In this document: one piece after another, positions 42,656 to 53,383 of the stretch
How positions within the stretch are numbered: the stretch's first letter is position 1
Layout: each line of letters begins with the position of its first letter
Source: Aulosira sp. ZfuVER01
Lineage (GTDB): Bacteria > Cyanobacteriota > Cyanobacteriia > Cyanobacteriales > Nostocaceae
Length of the DNA stretch: 64,000 bases
Assembly (NCBI GenBank): GCA_034530615.2
Contig: JAVRCV020000005.1
Coordinates: 20,256-84,255 of the forward strand
Reading direction: 5' to 3'
Notes under the pieces: generated by a model
What the model was told of the DNA's origin: nothing
Databases searched by the model: none
The model's input: the letters and a program-made list of their open reading frames with translations, nothing else
Program-made: the position numbers and the translations under genes

Positions 42656-42930
42656 ATAGATTTTCAACTGCCATTAATCTCTATGTTCTACAAAACTTCC
42701 CTTAGTGATTAATGGCGAGTAAAAACGAACTGTTCCTTGACCAAAATTAAGCGTAGAAGTACTTAATTTGTGAACAGTAGCCAAGCTGCTCACTGTTTCT
42801 CTGGTATTGCCCAATACTGATTTATTGCTCGTTAAGCAAAAAAATGGACACATAATAAAGCTTAGGTCTTTATATGTGTCCTTATTTGCTATGTCTTAAA
42901 AAAATTAAGCTTGCGACAACAGGCTGCAAA

Positions 42931-43530
42931 TCACCCAAACAAATCTGCTTCTAGGGATTTCAAAGCAGTTTCAAAATCGTCATTAACGATTTGAACATCA
43001 AATTCCGTTGCTGCTTTTACCTCTTCTTGGGCGCGGCGCAGACGACGGGCGATCGCTTCTTCAGCATCCTGTGCGCGACCACGGATGCGCTTTTCCAATT
43101 CATCAAAGGAAGGTGGCAAGATAAAAATGCTATGGGCACTAGGGAAAGAAGTGCGAATTTGTCTTGCCCCTTCCAGCTCAATTTCTAGTACAACCAATTT
43201 TCCAGACCCAACTTGGTTAAGCACAGCTTCACGGGGTGTACCGTAATAATTACCAGCAAATTCTGCCCACTCTAAAAATTCGCCTTGAGCAACCAATTGT
43301 TCAAACTTGCTACGGCTTACAAAGTAGTAATTTTTGCCGTTAATTTCTCCTGGGCGAGGAGAACGTGTCGTCATGGACACAGAGTAATACAGTTCCGGAT
43401 GACGTTGCAACAATGCACGCAGTAAAGTGCCTTTGCCAACCCCACTGGGACCCGTTAAAACAATTAGCCGGCCGGAAGGCGGGCATTCTTTAGTAGTAGC
43501 ACCACTCTGGATGGGTAGAACTTGCATCAT
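42931..43530 (-). CDS. gmk: Guanylate kinase
   Basis: [23 protein letters not shown]. Confidence 0.96.
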   Translation of the reverse strand: MMQVLPIQSGATTKECPPSGRLIVLTGPSGVGKGTLLRALLQRHPELYYSVSMTTRSPRPGEINGKNYYFVSRSKFEQLVAQGEFLEWAEFAGNYYGTPREAVLNQVGSGKLVVLEIELEGARQIRTSFPSAHSIFILPPSFDELEKRIRGRAQDAEEAIARRLRRAQEEVKAATEFDVQIVNDDFETALKSLEADLFG

Positions 43531-43700
43531 CCGCTAAACCTGTGAATTAATCGATAGACATAAGATTCATTAGTCTATTATTTGTTAGCTGTGTAACTCT
43601 TGACTAAGGAATTTGCCACACGGGTGACATAATAGTTGTCTAATTCACATGTTACTGCTGATAAGGTGCAAATAGGGTAGGGTTATTAGCCCATCCCTAC

Positions 43701-43967
43701 TTAATTATCTACAACTTGATGCTCGCGAGAAATTACGAAACGATTTGCTACAGTTTCTGGCTGAATCGCTGACAGAATTACGTGGCTAGAATCGGTGATA
43801 ATCACAGCTCTAGTACGACGACCGTAAGTTGCGTCAATCAGTTGGCCTCTGTCCCGCGCATCGGTAATGATCCGCTTAATGGGTGCAGATTCTGGACTGA
43901 CAATAGCAACTACTCGGTTGGCAGATACGATGTTGCCAAAACCTATATTGATTAACTGAATTTCCAT
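43701..43967 (-). CDS. remA: DUF370/RemA-family protein
   Basis: LINIGFGN...[11 protein letters not shown]; precedes gmk as usual. Confidence 0.9.
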   Translation of the reverse strand: MEIQLINIGFGNIVSANRVVAIVSPESAPIKRIITDARDRGQLIDATYGRRTRAVIITDSSHVILSAIQPETVANRFVISREHQVVDN

Positions 43968-44411
43968 AAAAAAACTGATGCCAAGGGTGGTATGAGTAGT
44001 CAGTACATAATTATTTCCATGTTATCCCTAAAAAATGGGAGTTACAACGCTTAAATGAACGCCAGCTTTAGTGTTTAAACAATAATTGCTTTTTTTAGCG
44101 ATTCCTTAACGAATTTTACTGAAAATATTCCTTAAGGAATAATCCAATTTATCTAATACAAAATATACGTAGACAGTATTTATAATACATAAACTTGAGA
44201 TTTTGGATAAAAAATCGCCTTCTGCGTCGGGTTTTCGTGAATCCATTTGTCGCAATCATTTTTTAAATTGGGGTATGTAAAACAGTAAAAATAAAAAAAG
44301 TGTAAGAGATACATTCCAATTCCCTTACACATCAAGTCTTTTAAATAGCCAGAAAGCTGATTAATTAAGCGTTTTCAATTTACGGCAATTCTAATTGCAG
44401 GTTTCCTCCCA

Positions 44412-46772
44412 TCAGAACCTTCCAAGACGAAATTTGAAATTTGAATTTTGCGCCGCGGTGGTCATTTTCAAATCTTGCCATCTTTGTCGTAGTCGCTGCA
44501 AGTTAGGAGTGTGTCTTCCATAACGCCAGTCTACATAGGCTTGACAAATTTCATCTATTACCTCAGCATTTGCCGGGGAATAGTGCTGGTATGCAACTCT
44601 GGCATACTCTAGAGGTGTTTGTGCTGGATGTTTGCCTAACCCTTTTTGGGCTGTCCATTGCAGCATTTGTTGATAAAGGCTTTCCATTGGTGATAATTTT
44701 TTCAACCACCTACGGTTCAGCCACTCGCACCATTGCTCCCAGCCTAACCAACAGAAGAAAGCTGTTGTAGTTGTCAAGATTAAGCCAGTTAATATACCTA
44801 ACCACCCTTGTGAGAATAACGCCAAAAACCAAGCGATCGCTCTGGTAATCCCGCTAAATATTGTGCTAAACGCATAATCGAGCCAACCCCGGATTGGAGA
44901 AGGTATCCATCCCGCTATCCATTGCCAAAACTGGCGCAGAACACTAAAAGTCTGAACATCTTCTATAGAAGGGGGTATCAGGGGATGATTGGGAATCGGG
45001 TCAAAGGCAAACCACCCATATTTAGGAAAGTAAACTTCTGTCATGGCGTAGGCGTCAGTGTTACGCACAACATACATACCTGTGAAAGGATTAAACTCTC
45101 CGGGACTGAATCCTGCTACTAACCGCGCTGGGATACCGATGGAACGCAGCATCACTGTCAGTACTGTAGAGAAATGATCTGGATAGCCTCCTTTATATTT
45201 GAATAAAAAAGCTTCTACCAGGTCTTCTTTATCTCCTAAATAAGGCAGTTCTAAGGGATTCTCAGGAATCGAGTAGTTTTGCTTCAAATATTGGGCTAGG
45301 TACAGAGCTTTTTCGTATGGTGAATCTAGAGTTTTAGATGACTTTCCTACCCGTTCTCGATTGTAGTTAGCGAGAATTTCTTCGGTGCGTTGCCTAACCT
45401 TTTCCTCAATCTCTGGCGAAATTTGCAAATAATTTTTCTGAATCTGCTTTGGATATTTAGTAAAAGCTTGTCCTAATGCCGTGCGATCGCGGTATGGTAC
45501 TTCAGAAATGACTGTGTAGGTGAGACCTTCTGATAATTCCACAGGCGATCGCAAACCATTTTCCCGATCGACAGCGATCACTGGTGTAGGGAAGTAAATT
45601 TCCTTGGGATAAGCCAGCGCTGGAATCAGGTTTGGCAAATCGGCTACTACTGTGTAAGTTTGTACTACCTGCTGGGTTTTGCCACTAATCGCAGGTGGGG
45701 CGAGAAAAATTTGGTATGACCAAGGCGATCGCTTTAAAGTCATCACATCGTCATTGCGCGAGACTTCCCATCCCTTACCTGTATAGCGATCGAATGCTAG
45801 TACTCGCCAAAAACCTTCTGACTGCGATCGCACTCGCATCACTACCTTGGGTTTCATTGCTCCCCGCAGGTTTTGGTTAATTTGGCTATTAAAACCGTAA
45901 TAAAAATTATTATCTATCTTTCCTGGTTTGCCATCTTTAGATTGTCCATCGCCATTGTTACCACTACCTTGGTTTTTGTTATTACCTTGGCGGACATAAC
46001 CAGGATTAATAATGCTACGCCCCGTAAAATTATTTTTGACTGCAATGTTAGAGCTGACAGGAAAGGTACGTAATTGATAACCAGGAAACCTTGGCAAAAC
46101 AGCAAAAATCCCCAGTCCCAGTCCGAGAACTAATGTGAACAGTAAAAAATAAAAAGGTAAAAGAGAAGACCATTTTTTCTCTTTTACCTTTTGCTTTTTC
46201 AAGTTTAACTTCTCTAAGCCGAGTCTTGAGCGATAATCTAGGACTAAAGTTGGCAAAGCGATCGCTAAAAATAACAGCAGCACAGGCGCAAATGCTAAAG
46301 TTTGACTCAGCGTTGCCGCCACACCTAGTAAAATTAACCCAATGACAATTGAATAGCCCAAGTCCTTACGGCGGGGCGTATCAAAGCTGTGAAGTACCTG
46401 AAGTTGAATTAATAACTCTGCCAAACCCAGTCGGGTATCATTTAATTCCCCTAACAACCGCCCAAAGAAAGCACCCAGTGCTACTAACATTCCTATGGCG
46501 ATGCAAAACTTGACTGTAATATTGGTATTGCGGCGACTGCGGTTACTCCACATTGCACCCATAATACTTGCCGGAATAGCCCAAAGACTAAATTTAGTCT
46601 CAGCAGCAATATCGGTCGCCACAATTCCGGTTATTACCAATGCTAGCACTAGCACCCGTAAGGAAATTGAATCTTCCACTTCCATTAAAGGCGACCCCTG
46701 CTTGTTTTGCCGCCAGTAGTAATGTCCTACAGGTAGACGCCAAAACTGATTAATCCTGGATAAGTTAAACAT
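44412..46772 (-). CDS. TgpA-like membrane transglutaminase-family protein (DUF3488/DUF4129)
   Basis: Multi-TM N-terminus, GGYPDHF...LRSIGIPARLVAGF, FDPIP, C-terminal TPLEY. Confidence 0.85.
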   Translation of the reverse strand: MFNLSRINQFWRLPVGHYYWRQNKQGSPLMEVEDSISLRVLVLALVITGIVATDIAAETKFSLWAIPASIMGAMWSNRSRRNTNITVKFCIAIGMLVALGAFFGRLLGELNDTRLGLAELLIQLQVLHSFDTPRRKDLGYSIVIGLILLGVAATLSQTLAFAPVLLLFLAIALPTLVLDYRSRLGLEKLNLKKQKVKEKKWSSLLPFYFLLFTLVLGLGLGIFAVLPRFPGYQLRTFPVSSNIAVKNNFTGRSIINPGYVRQGNNKNQGSGNNGDGQSKDGKPGKIDNNFYYGFNSQINQNLRGAMKPKVVMRVRSQSEGFWRVLAFDRYTGKGWEVSRNDDVMTLKRSPWSYQIFLAPPAISGKTQQVVQTYTVVADLPNLIPALAYPKEIYFPTPVIAVDRENGLRSPVELSEGLTYTVISEVPYRDRTALGQAFTKYPKQIQKNYLQISPEIEEKVRQRTEEILANYNRERVGKSSKTLDSPYEKALYLAQYLKQNYSIPENPLELPYLGDKEDLVEAFLFKYKGGYPDHFSTVLTVMLRSIGIPARLVAGFSPGEFNPFTGMYVVRNTDAYAMTEVYFPKYGWFAFDPIPNHPLIPPSIEDVQTFSVLRQFWQWIAGWIPSPIRGWLDYAFSTIFSGITRAIAWFLALFSQGWLGILTGLILTTTTAFFCWLGWEQWCEWLNRRWLKKLSPMESLYQQMLQWTAQKGLGKHPAQTPLEYARVAYQHYSPANAEVIDEICQAYVDWRYGRHTPNLQRLRQRWQDLKMTTAAQNSNFKFRLGRF

Positions 46773-47097
46773 TTAAAGTACGAGCAAAGCGATGATGTAG
46801 ACGCTAAGGACACAATACTGGGGATGGCAATCCAACTACCCAGCCTTCAGCTGCTACCCTACCCTACTCTATGGAAACGCCTTTAGCGAAGGGGAATTCC
46901 CTAAGTAACGTAGTAACAAACTGAAAATGCGTCTACGGGAATCTACTTGTCTTGTGCTAGGTTCTACCAATCAATAATATGTTTGTGTAGCTTCCCTCAA
47001 TACCGCTTGTTGAAAAAAAGGATAAGTTTCAAAACCAGGAAATCATTAATTATGTATTGGCATTTATCAAATTAGGGTGCTAGGAGTGCAATTTTGC

Positions 47098-48078
47098 CTA
47101 TGTTGTGGGATTAATGATAAACAACAGCGGCTCTTGGTCTATTTCTGGAAAATCAACTTCTAAGGTATAAGTCTGGTTGAGTTGCTGACACTGTAATTCT
47201 ACACTTAAGCTTCCCGAACTCGCAGACCGCCCTACAGCCTGGGTATCCTTTCCTTTAAGAGTGAAAACTCCTTGGGTAGGTAACTTACCTTCGACACGTA
47301 ACTTTCCTATCTGGCCCTGAGACTGGTATTCTAATTTCAGGCTCAAAACACCTGCACTAGTTAACCATTCTCTTTCTACCACGGGATTCGTTACTGAAAG
47401 TGGTAGAGTCAGGTTATCTAATAGTTGTTTAACGGCTAGCAGCGATAACGCTATTTGTTGGCGTTGTTCTAAATCGGAATAATCCTTCTCAATATCGGGC
47501 ATGGTCTCTAATGCATCTACAGACCGATAAGTACTTCTAAGTACTAATCCCGCTATGTCATTTAGGGATTGACTATCGTTAGGAAACAACTCCTCCACTG
47601 CCTGAACTAATTTTGCCCCTAAAGGTAGGGAAGATGTCAGCAACACTTGACACTTGTGTAGTAATTGGCGGAAAATGCTTTCCGGCAGATTGACAGGCAA
47701 ATTCAGCTTTGACTGTTGTGCCACCCATCCCCAGGCTGGAACTAATCCTATAGATGGTTCGTCCGCATAATCGGGATAGTCTATTAATTGAGTTTCCCAA
47801 GGGAATAAAGGCGGGTGGTTTTGAATTTGGATTTGTAACCGGCGTTTAATGACGGCTTGAAAACGTTCTTGCACAGTAGGAATTTCTCCCAGTTGAAAGG
47901 TTTGGGGCGTCCCTCCCGACTCTGGCTCACCACTTGTTGATGTGGTGGGTTGCTTGAGAGGGTTCTCCACCCCGTCAATTTCCTCACCATCTACCGAAGA
48001 CGACTTAGAGGTGATGACATCGTCTGCCAACACCCAACTAAGTAACTGGTGATGTAAGGATTCTGAGTCACTATTCAT
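47098..48078 (-). CDS. patU: Heterocyst patterning protein PatU (single uninterrupted ORF)
   Basis: VQERFQAVIKRRL...PPLFPWE; ATG overlaps the hetZ stop. Confidence 0.8.
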   Translation of the reverse strand: MNSDSESLHHQLLSWVLADDVITSKSSSVDGEEIDGVENPLKQPTTSTSGEPESGGTPQTFQLGEIPTVQERFQAVIKRRLQIQIQNHPPLFPWETQLIDYPDYADEPSIGLVPAWGWVAQQSKLNLPVNLPESIFRQLLHKCQVLLTSSLPLGAKLVQAVEELFPNDSQSLNDIAGLVLRSTYRSVDALETMPDIEKDYSDLEQRQQIALSLLAVKQLLDNLTLPLSVTNPVVEREWLTSAGVLSLKLEYQSQGQIGKLRVEGKLPTQGVFTLKGKDTQAVGRSASSGSLSVELQCQQLNQTYTLEVDFPEIDQEPLLFIINPTT

Positions 48079-49261
48079 GAGTAGATGCACCTGATCCGGA
48101 CACTAAAGAGTTACGAATTTCCCAAGCTTGTTCAAGAATCTTAAACCACCGTTTTTGCAATTGGGCCATAGACAAACCTAAAGTTTTGGCGATTGTTTCG
48201 TCAGGTTGTCCTTGTTGTTTCATATTTAGTAGAGACCGCTGTTTATCGTCTAACTCCGCTGTGTATGCTTGCCACTGTTGGGGAGTCAAACCTAAATTCG
48301 TGGGTAAGGAAGCTTCTAACCATTCGTGAACCAATTCCCAACGATGCAACAAGGCAAACCGAATTAAATGATATTTAAAACGCTGCTGTAAGTAATCTCT
48401 CTGGCGAGGGGTTAGACCTAAAATTGACTCTATTTCCTGTGCTGAAAGATCTTGGAGGCGGAGACTAAAGTAATCGGCACAGTCATTTTGCTGTCGTTGT
48501 TCTAAATAATCTAATAATTCTGTAATTACGACAGAGCGCAACGTATCTTCTTCTGGTTCTGGTTCTGCTTGCGTTGCCATTGCCGAACGCAATTGTTGTA
48601 CTGCTGGCTCTTCCCAAGAACCATCGGCTTCGTTGGCACTACCTTCTGCCGCTTGTTCAATGTCTACGCTGGTTTCTGGAGGTTGCTGTTGAGAAAAGGT
48701 TTGCGCTCGAAGAATTATTAGTTGTTGCTGACGCCCAGGTAAGGGTATACGCCGCTTACCATAACGTTCGGTAAATGCCATATACTCTGCCAATTCCAGA
48801 AGCGTCTGGGGGCGATAGGCACTACCCATTTGGTTTTCCCGGCGGAAAGCGTTCAATGCCTCCAGATAAAAGCTCTGGAGGAAATCTTCAATGATAGTCA
48901 GCCGCCCTTGATAACTCAATTGCTTCTGAGGAGGATTAATGTAACGGTAGATAATTGCACTCAAAGTGCTGTGTAATTCTACCCTGCCCCGATTTGAACC
49001 TAACTGATAGTACCGAAGGCACTGTTGCAGCCGATGGCGGGCTAAGGTTATTGCTGAGTTTTCTACAGCACCGGAAGCTTGGATACGTTTACTCTCGTTG
49101 CAAATCCGGTAGACTTCGGAGGCGATTCGTGTTGCCACATCATGGCAATTCTGTTCCGAAGCTTTGGTTGATTGCTGAAGCTCCTTAAATAGGAGTTGAA
49201 ATATCACCTCCACGCCGATAGAATTCTCTCCCTGAATAGTTGCGGTTGCGGCTGAATTCAT
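48071..49261 (-). CDS. hetZ: Heterocyst differentiation protein HetZ
   Basis: YQLGSNRGRVELHSTL, FTERYGKRRI, LGLTPRQRDYLQQRF; C-terminal HTH. Confidence 0.92.
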   Translation of the reverse strand: MNSAATATIQGENSIGVEVIFQLLFKELQQSTKASEQNCHDVATRIASEVYRICNESKRIQASGAVENSAITLARHRLQQCLRYYQLGSNRGRVELHSTLSAIIYRYINPPQKQLSYQGRLTIIEDFLQSFYLEALNAFRRENQMGSAYRPQTLLELAEYMAFTERYGKRRIPLPGRQQQLIILRAQTFSQQQPPETSVDIEQAAEGSANEADGSWEEPAVQQLRSAMATQAEPEPEEDTLRSVVITELLDYLEQRQQNDCADYFSLRLQDLSAQEIESILGLTPRQRDYLQQRFKYHLIRFALLHRWELVHEWLEASLPTNLGLTPQQWQAYTAELDDKQRSLLNMKQQGQPDETIAKTLGLSMAQLQKRWFKILEQAWEIRNSLVSGSGASTHE

Positions 49262-49467
49262 AGTCTCTGTTTTTGAAAGACCCTAACATACTTAAACACA
49301 ACCTGTACGACCGTGGGTGTTGGCTTGATGATTTTGCTTATAAGCTAAACAAAAGACCAATCCTGTGTTGAGGATTTGGCTGAATTTATTATTCCCAACT
49401 TGAGTGGGATTATTTACACTTGGCTTTGATGTTATGGCCATTACCCAGGAGCCGTTGACAAGTCATT

Positions 49468-49941
49468 ATGGATTTAGAAGCACAAATTCAATTGTTGATT
49501 GATGATGCACCCCACGATGGTGTAACACCACAACTTGTTGCAGCAATTGCCCCTGCGCTCAAGGCGATCGCTTATGAGTTACGTTACCCTCAGTATTATA
49601 TTCTCCAAAGTTTGGATTCAGAGTGGGTTTTAACTACATTAAGCAACAGGGCAAACCCAAAATTAGAAAAGCGCGTGGTTTACGCCTTTCCTACTTTAAA
49701 GGATGCCTCACTTACCTTATCTACTGGACTGGATTCTCAAGTAATAGCTACAGGCATTCCTGTGACTCACATTTTGTTCCAACTGCTGGCATTAGAATCC
49801 GTAGATAGTATAGTATTTTTTGAGACTCCTGGTACGGCTAATAATACTGTTGAGGTGCGGCGAACCGACCTACAAAACCAGATTCGACAAAAATTACAAC
49901 CAAGTAATACTCCAAAACAAGTACCACCTAATATTGCGTAA
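49468..49941 (+). CDS. Conserved cyanobacterial hypothetical protein divergent from hetZ
   Basis: 157-aa ORF with AGGAG upstream; YYILQ..W.LTTL and ILFQLLAL..VDSIVFF motifs. Confidence 0.75.
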   Translation: MDLEAQIQLLIDDAPHDGVTPQLVAAIAPALKAIAYELRYPQYYILQSLDSEWVLTTLSNRANPKLEKRVVYAFPTLKDASLTLSTGLDSQVIATGIPVTHILFQLLALESVDSIVFFETPGTANNTVEVRRTDLQNQIRQKLQPSNTPKQVPPNIA

Positions 49942-49995
49942 AACAATTTTAGATTTTGGATTTTGTTGGATTAAATCCAAAATCTAAAATTGTTT
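49941..49995. terminator. Bidirectional terminator made of inverted heptamers
   Basis: 23-bp perfect inverted repeat AAACAATTTTAGATTTTGGATTT between convergent genes. Confidence 0.7.
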
Positions 49996-50965
49996 AATAC
50001 AGCCGACTCAATACATAGTCAGCCATATTAATTAAAGCTTGACGAGATTCTGATGGTGGCAGAACTGCAACATGCTCGGTTGCTACCTTAGCATGGTAAG
50101 CGGCTAATTCCCGAGCCTTTTGTATTCCTTGACTTTCTTGAATCAACCCTAGCGCTTGTTCTAAATCTCCTGCTTGAGCAAACTCTCGCTCAATCAGTAC
50201 CTCTAGATATGGTTTTTCCTTTAAAGCAAATAAAACTGGTGCTGTCAGATTGCCACTTTTGAGATCTGACCCAGCTGGTTTACCTAATGTATCTGTTGAA
50301 CTGGTGAAATCTAAAATATCATCCACAATCTGGAATGCTAGACCTAGATGGCGTCCATAGTTATACAAATGATCGGCATTTTCTGGGGATACTTCGCTGA
50401 GTAACCCCGCAGCTTTAGAACTATTGGCAATTAATGAAGCAGTTTTGTAATAGCTCTTGTTTAGGTAAGTCTCTATCGAGGTGTTAGTATCAAAGCGATT
50501 TAGTCCCTGCTGGATTTCTCCTGCTGCCAAATCCATAATCACTTCTGAGAGCAGTTTCACCACTTCCAAATTGTCTAAATTTGCCAAATACCAGGAAGAT
50601 TGCGCGAAAAGAAAATCTCCTGCTAAAACGGCAATTCGGTTTCCAAATAAACTATGAACAGTAGGAACACCGCGCCGCATCTGGGATTCGTCCACCACAT
50701 CGTCATGCACCAAGCTAGCTGTGTGGATCATTTCTGCGATCTCCGCTAAACGTCGGTGACGAGATGTAATGTCTTGATGTAGCATTGTTGCTCGGGCGAT
50801 CAGCAGAACGATAGCTGGTCTAATACGCTTTCCCCCAGCTCCAAATAGATGTTCGGCTGCTGCATAAAGTATGGGGTGGCGATTTCCAACTAGCTGTTTG
50901 AGATTATCTGCTAGTATTCGCAGGTCTGCTTCCACAGGGGTAAACAGGGAGGTGGCTGGGGTCAT
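49994..50965 (-). CDS. sds: Solanesyl diphosphate synthase
   Basis: GGKRIRP, HDDVVD and DDILD aspartate-rich motifs. Confidence 0.92.
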   Translation of the reverse strand: MTPATSLFTPVEADLRILADNLKQLVGNRHPILYAAAEHLFGAGGKRIRPAIVLLIARATMLHQDITSRHRRLAEIAEMIHTASLVHDDVVDESQMRRGVPTVHSLFGNRIAVLAGDFLFAQSSWYLANLDNLEVVKLLSEVIMDLAAGEIQQGLNRFDTNTSIETYLNKSYYKTASLIANSSKAAGLLSEVSPENADHLYNYGRHLGLAFQIVDDILDFTSSTDTLGKPAGSDLKSGNLTAPVLFALKEKPYLEVLIEREFAQAGDLEQALGLIQESQGIQKARELAAYHAKVATEHVAVLPPSESRQALINMADYVLSRLY

Positions 50966-50987
50966 GGATGGGCGGACTCTGGCTTAG

Positions 50988-51005
50988 GTTACGAAAGTTT
51001 ACATA
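50988..51005. promoter_or_regulatory. HLR1 (RpaB) direct repeat upstream of sds
   Basis: GTTACGAA-AG-TTTACATA, one mismatch to (G/T)TTACA(T/A)(T/A)-N2-(G/T)TTACA(T/A)(T/A). Confidence 0.55.
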
Positions 51006-52104
51006 TCCTATACTCATTTTAAGATAACGCAGGGCCTGCGCAAAGTTTTGATCAGGGAATCCCTCAATTTCCAAAGGCTGTACCTTCTTCATAATTAAAA
51101 AACCTGCTTTTTTAGGCTTTGTAAGGTATTTTTGCGTAAAACTCTCTTTCTTTGTGTCATACTAAAATATCCTGATTAATCGAGAAACTGTATTGTAAGC
51201 TACTGAAAAAGTCATAAGTCTATGAAAATTGGATTGCAAAGCATAATTGCCAATCCATTAGCTCTCTAAACTTATGGCATCTGTTATCTATGTTTTTTCC
51301 AACGACTTCCAAGCAATTACTTAAGTAGTTCAACCTAAAATGATATTATTGTTATAATTTATACCAATAAATTAACGTCTTGTTTAGTTATACAGATGTC
51401 ATTTTTATCAGAAATTTATTATTTTAATAAAGTTAAGATAGTCAATTTTGTTACAATACATAGTAAATAAATCTCAACGCTCAATATAAAACAATCAGCA
51501 CTAAGTACTTTCCCTACTAGATCAGTTTTTCTAGCTTGGCGGACTTAGTTTAGAAAATTTCAAATTTAGCTAAGAAGTAGGCTTAAAAGTCAGGAACGTT
51601 GTGTTACGCTAAGATCTAGGGATTTTAAATTTTTCAGATATTTACTCCCCAAAGTAAATTGCCTGTAGGTAATTTTACTTTTAAGGAGTTGTGAGTCAAT
51701 AATTTGTCGCAGTTATGTCAAGGGAGTAATCCCTGATTTTATGGCTGTGGCCTGCGAACCTATCAGCTTGGGGTTAGACGCTGCCCTTAAGGGAAAACGC
51801 TCGTTTTTGTCTTACATTGAGCGTAGGTGTTACTCCAATAAAGTGGTGTGCGCAGCAATAACGCGGACTAGGTAGACTGCTGAGGAGCGCAGTTAAAAAT
51901 TGCTGTTTAGCAATTTAGCTGCTCTGCAATGTATAGCCTGCGAAAAATTAACTTAAATGATAAATCCATTGACCGTAGAGCATTGTATCTCTACGGCGTA
52001 GTTTAGCATAGCAAACTACAGCCATCAAGAATTAACTTGTTCGGTTGAGGTTTTGCTTAGGTTATGAAATTGCATATTCGTTAGATAAAGGTGCTGGTAG
52101 AACA

Positions 52105-52302
52105 ATGATTTACGAAAATATGCCTATGATGATTTTTATTTTAGCTGCTGGATATTTGTTCACAGTCTACCTACTCTTGGCCTTAGCAAAGCGAACCGGA
52201 AAAAACACTGATACTATAAATATTCCTTTGGCAGCTAAGGGAAAACACAAACAAGAGTTATCCGTAGCACCGAGTGTGACTGAGGTAGTTAATAGTCAGT
52301 AG
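52105..52302 (+). CDS. Small single-TM hypothetical protein
   Basis: MIYENMPMMIFILAAGYLFTVYLLLALAKR: one TM followed by basic residues; start uncertain. Confidence 0.6.
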   Translation: MIYENMPMMIFILAAGYLFTVYLLLALAKRTGKNTDTINIPLAAKGKHKQELSVAPSVTEVVNSQ

Positions 52303-52308
52303 TCATTT

Positions 52309-52360
52309 GTCAAGAATCCATTGTCAAGAGTCCATTAACCCTTGACAATGGATTCTTGAC
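52309..52360. terminator. 20-bp perfect inverted repeat between convergent genes
   Basis: GTCAAGAATCCATTGTCAAG...CTTGACAATGGATTCTTGAC. Confidence 0.7.
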
Positions 52361-52371
52361 TCCATAACTAA

Positions 52372-53253
52372 TTAACCAACAAAGTCTTGTTGGAGGCGAG
52401 ATGCGGACGCATCAGTAAAGCAAACTTCCTCAACCAGTGGAGTATAGCCTAACCATTGCAATCCCGATTGGGCAAATTGTTGCGCACAGCCGCTAACTGC
52501 AAAGCGAGTAGGTAGTGGGGGATGTGTATTCCTTAAACCTAGTAAGTCTAAATCTTGGGTACAAGCTGCTACAACATTCACTGCTGGATCAACTAGCTTT
52601 ACATGAGAGGGAAGGAGCGATCGCAGTACAGGTGCAAGATGGGGATAATGAGTACAGCCGTAAACTAACGTGTCAATTTCCTGCTTGATTAACGGCTCTA
52701 AATAAGAACGTGCTACTTCAGTAGTGTAGGGGTCGTGTATGCGATTTTGCTCAATGAGCGGCACAAACTCCGGGCAACCGACTTGCCAGACTTGAACATT
52801 AGAATCGATTTCTAGTATGGCTTGCTTATAAGCATTACTTTTAGCTGTGGCTGGGGTAGCAATCACACCAATCCGTTTGCCTTGCTGGACTGCGGCCCTA
52901 GCTCCTGGGAGGATAACACCGAGAATAGGTAGGTTAAATTCCTCCCGTACTATTTCTAGGGCTAAAGCAGAACTTGTATTGCAAGCCATAATTACCATTT
53001 TTACCTGCTGCTGTTGCATCCAGGTGAGAATTTCGCGCACAAACTGTAAAATTTCTGCTTGCGAACGAATGCCATAAGGCAATCGGGCTGTATCACCAAA
53101 ATAAATAACTGATTCGTTAGGAAGTTGCCGATAAACTTGTCGCAGTACTGTTAAACCACCGACGCCACTATCAAAGATGCCGATGGGCGCACGTTGAGGT
53201 TCTTGAGCGGAAAAATTATAAAGATTGCCTTCAAAGATGGAAGATGAATACAC
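52372..53253 (-). CDS. murI: Glutamate racemase
   Basis: FDSGVGG, ACNT, GCTHY. Confidence 0.95.
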   Translation of the reverse strand: MYSSSIFEGNLYNFSAQEPQRAPIGIFDSGVGGLTVLRQVYRQLPNESVIYFGDTARLPYGIRSQAEILQFVREILTWMQQQQVKMVIMACNTSSALALEIVREEFNLPILGVILPGARAAVQQGKRIGVIATPATAKSNAYKQAILEIDSNVQVWQVGCPEFVPLIEQNRIHDPYTTEVARSYLEPLIKQEIDTLVYGCTHYPHLAPVLRSLLPSHVKLVDPAVNVVAACTQDLDLLGLRNTHPPLPTRFAVSGCAQQFAQSGLQWLGYTPLVEEVCFTDASASRLQQDFVG

Positions 53254-53383
53254 GGGCTGATATTGGTTGAGGTTTTTTGAATTAAGATACAGGATTTAGT
53301 AGCTAACTTGCTAAGACTTATAAATCCTGTATGTAAAAGAAGTCTAAATATCACCTCTTTAACTAGTAATGTTTACTACATTT

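Noticed and set aside
48095..48100. DIF1 motif TCCGGA near the patU start
   Set aside because: Inside hetZ Ser-Gly codons and too close to the ATG to be a -35 element
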